Shown here piece after piece: positions 7,677 through 11,210 of a stretch of DNA of 11,210 nt. Every line of letters starts with the position of its first letter. Positions within the stretch are counted from its first letter, which is position 1. Made by a program: the position numbers and the translations under genes. Source of the stretch: Candidatus Electronema aureum (lineage in GTDB: Bacteria > Desulfobacterota > Desulfobulbia > Desulfobulbales > Desulfobulbaceae); contig NQJD01000053.1 in NCBI GenBank assembly GCA_004284765.1, forward strand, positions 1 through 11,210, written 5' to 3'. Below the pieces are notes generated by a model. The model ran no database searches. It was not told the DNA's origin and saw only the letters and a program-made list of their open reading frames with translations.

Positions 7677-8951
7677 GAACTGCGGCTTGCGCAGAATCGC
7701 TTGAAGCATAACTCCGGTCAGCAGAGCGAATACGCCGAGCATCATCATCGTCCAAGAGGGCCGCATTAGGCTGTCAAAGAGGGAGAAGAGCAGTCCTGCC
7801 AGCATCATGCAAGCAAAAGTAGTGAAATAGCTGACTCCCAGCACCCGGCCTTTGTGCTGCGCATCTGGACGCACCTGAATAAAGGCGGTGATTGGAATGA
7901 GGAACATGCCGCCGAATATGCCAGCTATAATGAGCAATCCCAGCACCGCAGCAGTAGGCACTGCATCTGCGCCGAAGGACACCAAGAGGCCCAGAGCAAT
8001 CAAACTGGCTCCCATGCCGACTGCGCCGGGCATCAAGATGTGCGTCCAGCGGTGTTGGGTGGTGATTTTGGCCGCCACCAGCGCACCAATGCTTACTCCA
8101 ATCGCTAAAGAAGCGGATAGCAGCGAAGTGTGGAATTGGCTCAGGCCGAGCTGCTGGATTCCGAGAGGATTGTTGACTAATAGGATAAACTGGCTGAGGA
8201 AATAAAAGAAACAGTCGCAGATGATTGCCAGTAGCAGTAGGGGGTCACGCTTGAGAGCAATGAATTCTCGCAGGGAATCGAGCGGGCCGGTGTGAGGAAA
8301 GGGCGGATGCGCGCCGCTTGCGGGCCGCGAATACACCCCAAAGCACGAGGTCAGACCCAGTGCGGCGACAAAAATTACGGCAGCGGCGGTCAGAATGATG
8401 CCGAAGGACACTTCATGGCCAAAAAGTATCTGCGGCGGCAGCCATTTCCGCTCTAACGAGAATCCAGCTAAGGCAGTGCCAAGCAAAATAGCCGCTGTAC
8501 TCACCACTTTCAGCACCGCATTGGCCTTTGTGACCCGCTCTTCCGGGTACAGCTCAGGAATCGAGCCGTTCATGGCCGGGCCGAAGAGCGTTGATTGCAC
8601 GCCCATCGTAAAAACCATCAGGAGGACACAAGCCCAGTTCATCGTGATGAGTCCGTAGGCACCAATCAGCATAGCGACCAGCTCCAGCATTTTGGCTGCA
8701 ATCAGCACCTGTTTTTTGGCAAAGCGATCAGATAACCAGCCGCCCCAAGCTGAAAAGAAGACAAAGGGCAGAGAGAACAGGGCCGTGGCATAGCCGGACA
8801 GGTAGTTCATTGTTGCCGACACTGCCAGCAACGATACCGCTTGCTTGAAGAAGTTGTCGTTAAAGGCATCAAGGAAATACGTCACCGACATGGCGATGAA
8901 GGGCTTGCGGGTACTGCTGGGCTGATCGGGTGCTACAGTCGGCTGATTCAT
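7665..8951 (-). CDS. MFS transporter, LplT-like (428 aa)
   Basis: Long hydrophobic ORF with roughly 12 predicted TM segments. The N-terminal motif FLDAFNDNFFKQAVSLL and GGWLSDRFAKKQVL resemble lysophospholipid-transporter-type MFS proteins. The start is only 9 nt downstream of the endA-like stop, so co-transcription is likely. Confidence 0.8.
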   Translation of the reverse strand: MNQPTVAPDQPSSTRKPFIAMSVTYFLDAFNDNFFKQAVSLLAVSATMNYLSGYATALFSLPFVFFSAWGGWLSDRFAKKQVLIAAKMLELVAMLIGAYGLITMNWACVLLMVFTMGVQSTLFGPAMNGSIPELYPEERVTKANAVLKVVSTAAILLGTALAGFSLERKWLPPQILFGHEVSFGIILTAAAVIFVAALGLTSCFGVYSRPASGAHPPFPHTGPLDSLREFIALKRDPLLLLAIICDCFFYFLSQFILLVNNPLGIQQLGLSQFHTSLLSASLAIGVSIGALVAAKITTQHRWTHILMPGAVGMGASLIALGLLVSFGADAVPTAAVLGLLIIAGIFGGMFLIPITAFIQVRPDAQHKGRVLGVSYFTTFACMMLAGLLFSLFDSLMRPSWTMMMLGVFALLTGVMLQAILRKPQFRTE

Positions 8952-8960
8952 ATGCGTGCG

Positions 8961-9863
8961 TTATAATCCAGCCTGTTTGCAGGCTTTCTCTAAGATGGTA
9001 TTCTTGTTGCCTTGGATTTTTTCAATCAGCCGAGCACGCTCGCATTCCCACTTGTCAACTGGATCCATTTTGTTCCACGCCTCATAGAGTTTGACGCTCG
9101 CCTGAGCAATCACCCCGCGCCCGTAGGCTGCTTCCATGTACATGTAGGTTCGCGCAATATCACCATATTTATCGTCTGGCGGCTCGGCTATGCGGTTCTC
9201 TATCTCCATGTTGCACGCCCCGTACTCGCGCTTTTCGCCCGGAATCATGTCGTGCCTGTAGTTGCTGCGGTCGCCGTTGACCTCACCGATAGCTGGAACT
9301 AAATTATATAAATCAGCCTGCATCAACTGAAACGCTTTGCTCGTTTTTTCAGCGCATTCTCGCCCTTTATAGGCTTTACCCTTGCTATCCACACAATCAG
9401 GGTGACCATCACGCCATTCAGGAAAGCTCTGACCAAAGGACTCTGCCGCGACAATATGTTCCCATTCGATCCGATTGGCTCTAGCCTCGTTTTTACGGAA
9501 GCGGAAGCCACTCTTGCTGTGGTCGAGGTTCATTTCTTTATCAAAGGTGCTGCTACAGTAGAAAGTTTTAAACTGCCGTTGGCTGACATAGAGCTTTTCT
9601 AACTGCCGCTTAGAGCTGCTGAAAGAGCTAATTTTTGTATTGCCTTCAGTTGCGGGTAGATTCATCACTTTTACATCTGCCGCTGTTGCGTTCCCTTTAC
9701 TGCTTTGTTCAGGATAGAAAACCGAATGCAGCTGCGGTGGAATATACTCTCGCAAGAATTCCGGCGCACTGCCGGTGAAGAGCATCGATGCTCCAGCGGC
9801 CACAACGACCAGCACGGTAACGATGATGTTTTTCGTTGAATTGTTTTTTTTTCTGGTGGCCAT
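8961..9863 (-). CDS. endA: Endonuclease I family (EndA-like) extracytoplasmic DNase with an N-terminal signal/anchor and extension (300 aa)
   Basis: RKNEARANRIEWEHIVAAESFG, LYNLVPAIGEVNGDRSNY, GACNMEIE..IAEPPDDKYGDIARTYMYM and WNKMDPVDKWECERARLIEKIQGNKN are collinear with E. coli EndA ([84 protein letters not shown]). Hydrophobic N-terminus IIVTVLVVVAAGASMLF. SD GAGGAGA upstream. Confidence 0.9.
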   Translation of the reverse strand: MATRKKNNSTKNIIVTVLVVVAAGASMLFTGSAPEFLREYIPPQLHSVFYPEQSSKGNATAADVKVMNLPATEGNTKISSFSSSKRQLEKLYVSQRQFKTFYCSSTFDKEMNLDHSKSGFRFRKNEARANRIEWEHIVAAESFGQSFPEWRDGHPDCVDSKGKAYKGRECAEKTSKAFQLMQADLYNLVPAIGEVNGDRSNYRHDMIPGEKREYGACNMEIENRIAEPPDDKYGDIARTYMYMEAAYGRGVIAQASVKLYEAWNKMDPVDKWECERARLIEKIQGNKNTILEKACKQAGL

Positions 9864-9919
9864 GTCAAAAGTTCTCCTCTTGGGTTATATAGTCTTTTGC
9901 TACTGCGCAACTTTTTGAT

Positions 9920-9948
9920 AACATACCCGATCTGGGTGTGACTTGCAA
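9920..9948 (-). promoter_or_regulatory. Sigma70-type promoter candidate for endA-MFS (TTGCAA-17 nt-TATGTT on the minus strand)
   Basis: On the minus strand, the -35 TTGCAA is the complement of 9943-9948, followed by a 17-nt spacer, and the -10 TATGTT is the complement of 9920-9925. It lies about 55 nt upstream of the endA ATG. Confidence 0.35.
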
Positions 9949-10177
9949 TCAGCGGCTCGAATTCATACTCTCTTGCATAAGTAGGGTAGGCATGCAGATT
10001 ATAAACGAGACCTATAGGAGTTACGCAGTTGGTAAAAAACAGTTAACATAGCAGGATGAATAAATCAAAGGGGACCGAGCACAATTGCATTGTTTTTTGA
10101 TCGGCACTCAGCGGGTTTACAGCAGCGCAGAAGCGGAGCGAGTCAGGCCTGAGCAAGCAGCAGCGGGTAGAACGACC

Positions 10178-10357
10178 TCATTGCTGGGCAAGCAAAAAGA
10201 CACTTGCCCATCCTACGGTGCTGTAGTTGGGCAGTTCTACAGCTATACGAGCGGCCAGCTCCGGCGTGTCCACCACATTTCTCGGCAGAAAGAGCATCCG
10301 GTACGAGCTGGGAGTGGTGAGCGCGTTGACTGCGGGCCGCCATTGAATCGTTGTCAT
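10178..10357 (-). pseudogene. N-terminal fragment (59 codons) of an HU-HIG-type HU-like DNA-binding protein gene
   Basis: ATG is the complement of 10355-10357, with the SD AGGAGA (complement of 10364-10369). MTTIQWRPAVNALTTPSSYRMLFLPRNVVDTPELAARIAVELPNYS fits the N-terminal pattern I recall for HU-HIG proteins (i.y.l..N.LT.p.sY.arv....v...eLa..Ia). The reading frame then degenerates into TVGWASVFLLAQQ* and the rest of the domain is missing. Confidence 0.45.
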
Positions 10358-10415
10358 AGCCTGTCTCCTGTTGTTCAACGGGTTGAGATGACTGCATGAA
10401 GCAGTATGTCTGTCC

Positions 10416-10444
10416 AGCGTAAGACGAGTTTGTTTCCCTGTCAA
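10416..10444 (-). promoter_or_regulatory. Sigma70-type promoter of the HU-like fragment (TTGACA-17 nt-TACGCT on the minus strand)
   Basis: On the minus strand, TTGACA is the complement of 10439-10444, followed by a 17-nt spacer, and TACGCT is the complement of 10416-10421. These are the same hexamers as the promoter candidate at 5025-5053. Confidence 0.45.
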
Positions 10445-10479
10445 CAGTTTTTTTCTGTTGCCGCATAATGGGCAGCCAG

Positions 10480-10502
10480 AAAAAGGCACTCTAGTGCCTT
10501 TT
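10480..10502. terminator. Bidirectional-looking hairpin terminator or insulator
   Basis: A perfect 9-bp stem, AAAAGGCAC (10481-10489) with GTGCCTTTT (10494-10502), has the loop TCTA. A-run and T-run arms give a U-tract on either strand. Confidence 0.5.
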
Positions 10503-10556
10503 CGGGAGCAGCAGAGAGGGCGGGAGACGGCGAGCTACTTTGAGGCAATTTCCCCG

Positions 10557-10585
10557 TTGACAGAGGGAGATGTGATGCGTAAAGT
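10557..10585 (+). promoter_or_regulatory. Sigma70-type promoter candidate (TTGACA-17 nt-TAAAGT) upstream of the SHOCT-motif gene
   Basis: -35 TTGACA at 10557-10562, a 17-nt spacer, and -10 TAAAGT at 10580-10585. This implies a leader of about 140 nt before the ATG at 10730. Confidence 0.4.
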
Positions 10586-10729
10586 GGATGGTCAGAACGT
10601 TGCAGGTTTATGTATATCTGCTTAACCTGTAGGATATGTAGTTTAATTTTTTGTTCCAGTAGACGCGGACGATAAAACCGCGCTTGCACCGCTCAACGCT
10701 GGTGGTAAAATAAAACGGAGGTAATCATA

Positions 10730-10945
10730 ATGGGCGATTGGGAGTTTCTGTATGAAATGAAAGATCGTGGATACAGCGAAGATGAGATACAGGATGCTAT
10801 GTCTTCTGGTGCTGCGCCATGGGAATGGGACTATCTTGCAAAACAAGAAAGGAAAGCCGAATGGGAAAAATTGAAATCCCTACGGGATACAGGAGCAATT
10901 TCACGCGAAGAGTTCAAGAAGCGGAAGGCAGAAATGTTCTGCTAA
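10730..10945 (+). CDS. Small acidic/Trp-rich protein with a C-terminal SHOCT-like motif (71 aa)
   Basis: SD GGAGG (10717-10721) lies 8 nt upstream of the ATG. The C-terminus LKSLRDTGAISREEFKKRKAEM matches the SHOCT pattern (L..L...G.Is.eEf...K..l). The stop is 13 nt from the right IS terminus. Confidence 0.6.
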   Translation: MGDWEFLYEMKDRGYSEDEIQDAMSSGAAPWEWDYLAKQERKAEWEKLKSLRDTGAISREEFKKRKAEMFC

Positions 10946-10958
10946 CAGTACCTACCAA

Positions 10959-11210
10959 GTAACCCAAGTTGTGACCTATAACTCTTGAAAAATCCATGCT
11001 TCCCCGCGTATGGTATACTTCTGCTGTCTGGCACGAATATAATCGCACACGGAGGAGAGCATGGAACTCAAGATTACAACATGTTACTGTTTATGCGATG
11101 ATTTTTTAATTTCCAAGGGCTGGCGCGATGACCCGCAATGCACGATGAGCACGGCTGAGGTCATGACCGCAGCTTTGACTGCCGCCGCTTTCTTTTCCGG
11201 CAGTTATGAA
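10959..11210 (+). mobile_element. Partial insertion sequence copy, inverted relative to 1-252; the element continues beyond the window end
   Basis: Reverse complement of 1-252 (250/252). Candidate internal promoter elements: TTGAAA (10985-10990), an 18-nt spacer, then TATGGT (11009-11014), and TATAAT at 11038-11043. SD GGAGGA precedes the ATG at 11061. Confidence 0.85.
11061..11210 (+). CDS. DDE transposase, N-terminal 50 codons only, truncated by the window edge
   Basis: The 150 nt and the 50-aa translation are identical to the complement of 1-150. Confidence 0.75.
   Translation, partial: MELKITTCYCLCDDFLISKGWRDDPQCTMSTAEVMTAALTAAAFFSGSYE

Noticed and set aside
7461-7769. 102-aa plus-strand ORF
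   Set aside because: The translation is Arg/Ser-rich. It reads the por remnant out of frame and then runs antisense into the 3' end of the MFS gene. It has no SD.
7854-9602. Plus- and minus-strand ORFs nested in the MFS and endA genes (7854-8108, 7888-8205, 8395-8658, 9012-9302, 9323-9511, 9402-9602)
   Set aside because: They lie antisense or out of frame inside well-supported genes and are low-complexity.
10586-10729. Possible riboswitch in the leader of the SHOCT-motif gene
   Set aside because: It has only short, imperfect hairpins and I recognise no conserved riboswitch core. It is kept only as a note in the related finding.
10085-10846. ORFs 10085-10399 (+), 10143-10466 (-), the upstream part of 10178-10489 (-), 10441-10689 (-) and 10643-10846 (-)
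   Set aside because: None has an SD. They overlap predicted promoters, hairpins or the SHOCT gene. Only the 10178-10357 portion, with its own SD and ATG, shows family-like sequence.

Overview
The window has a 10.7-kb core (253-10958). It is bracketed by two inverted, near-identical partial copies of one insertion sequence, at 1-252 and 10959-11210 (250/252 identical). Both transposase genes read outward and run off the window. The core is a compositional mosaic. On the GC-rich, Desulfovibrio-like side (organism guess is inference only) there is a full-length pyruvate:ferredoxin oxidoreductase gene with a sigma70-type promoter and an intrinsic terminator. An operon-like pair on the minus strand encodes an endonuclease I (EndA family) protein and an LplT-like MFS transporter. 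A signal-peptide MORN-repeat protein, AT-richer than por, lies next to the left IS copy. The middle is strongly AT-rich: my hand count gives 15/60 G+C for 5161-5220 versus 40/60 for 1381-1440. I read that middle region as a heavily decayed second por paralog lying in tandem with the intact gene. Its right-hand remnant (7466-7676) is unambiguous. Its left-hand part (about 5053-5975) rests only on collinear short motif matches. The two parts are separated by a 1.5-kb cassette carrying two compact two-gene modules: an RHH antitoxin with a MazF/PemK toxin, and an uncharacterised DUF6883/DUF4926 pair. Other signals are a helically phased array of CTCATAGG motifs between the por terminator and the next promoter, several perfect hairpins in the AT-rich relic, and a truncated HU-HIG-like gene fragment that keeps its promoter and RBS. 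There is also a small SHOCT-motif protein. I found no rRNA, tRNA or CRISPR array. All family assignments come from reading the translations and from memory, not from database searches.
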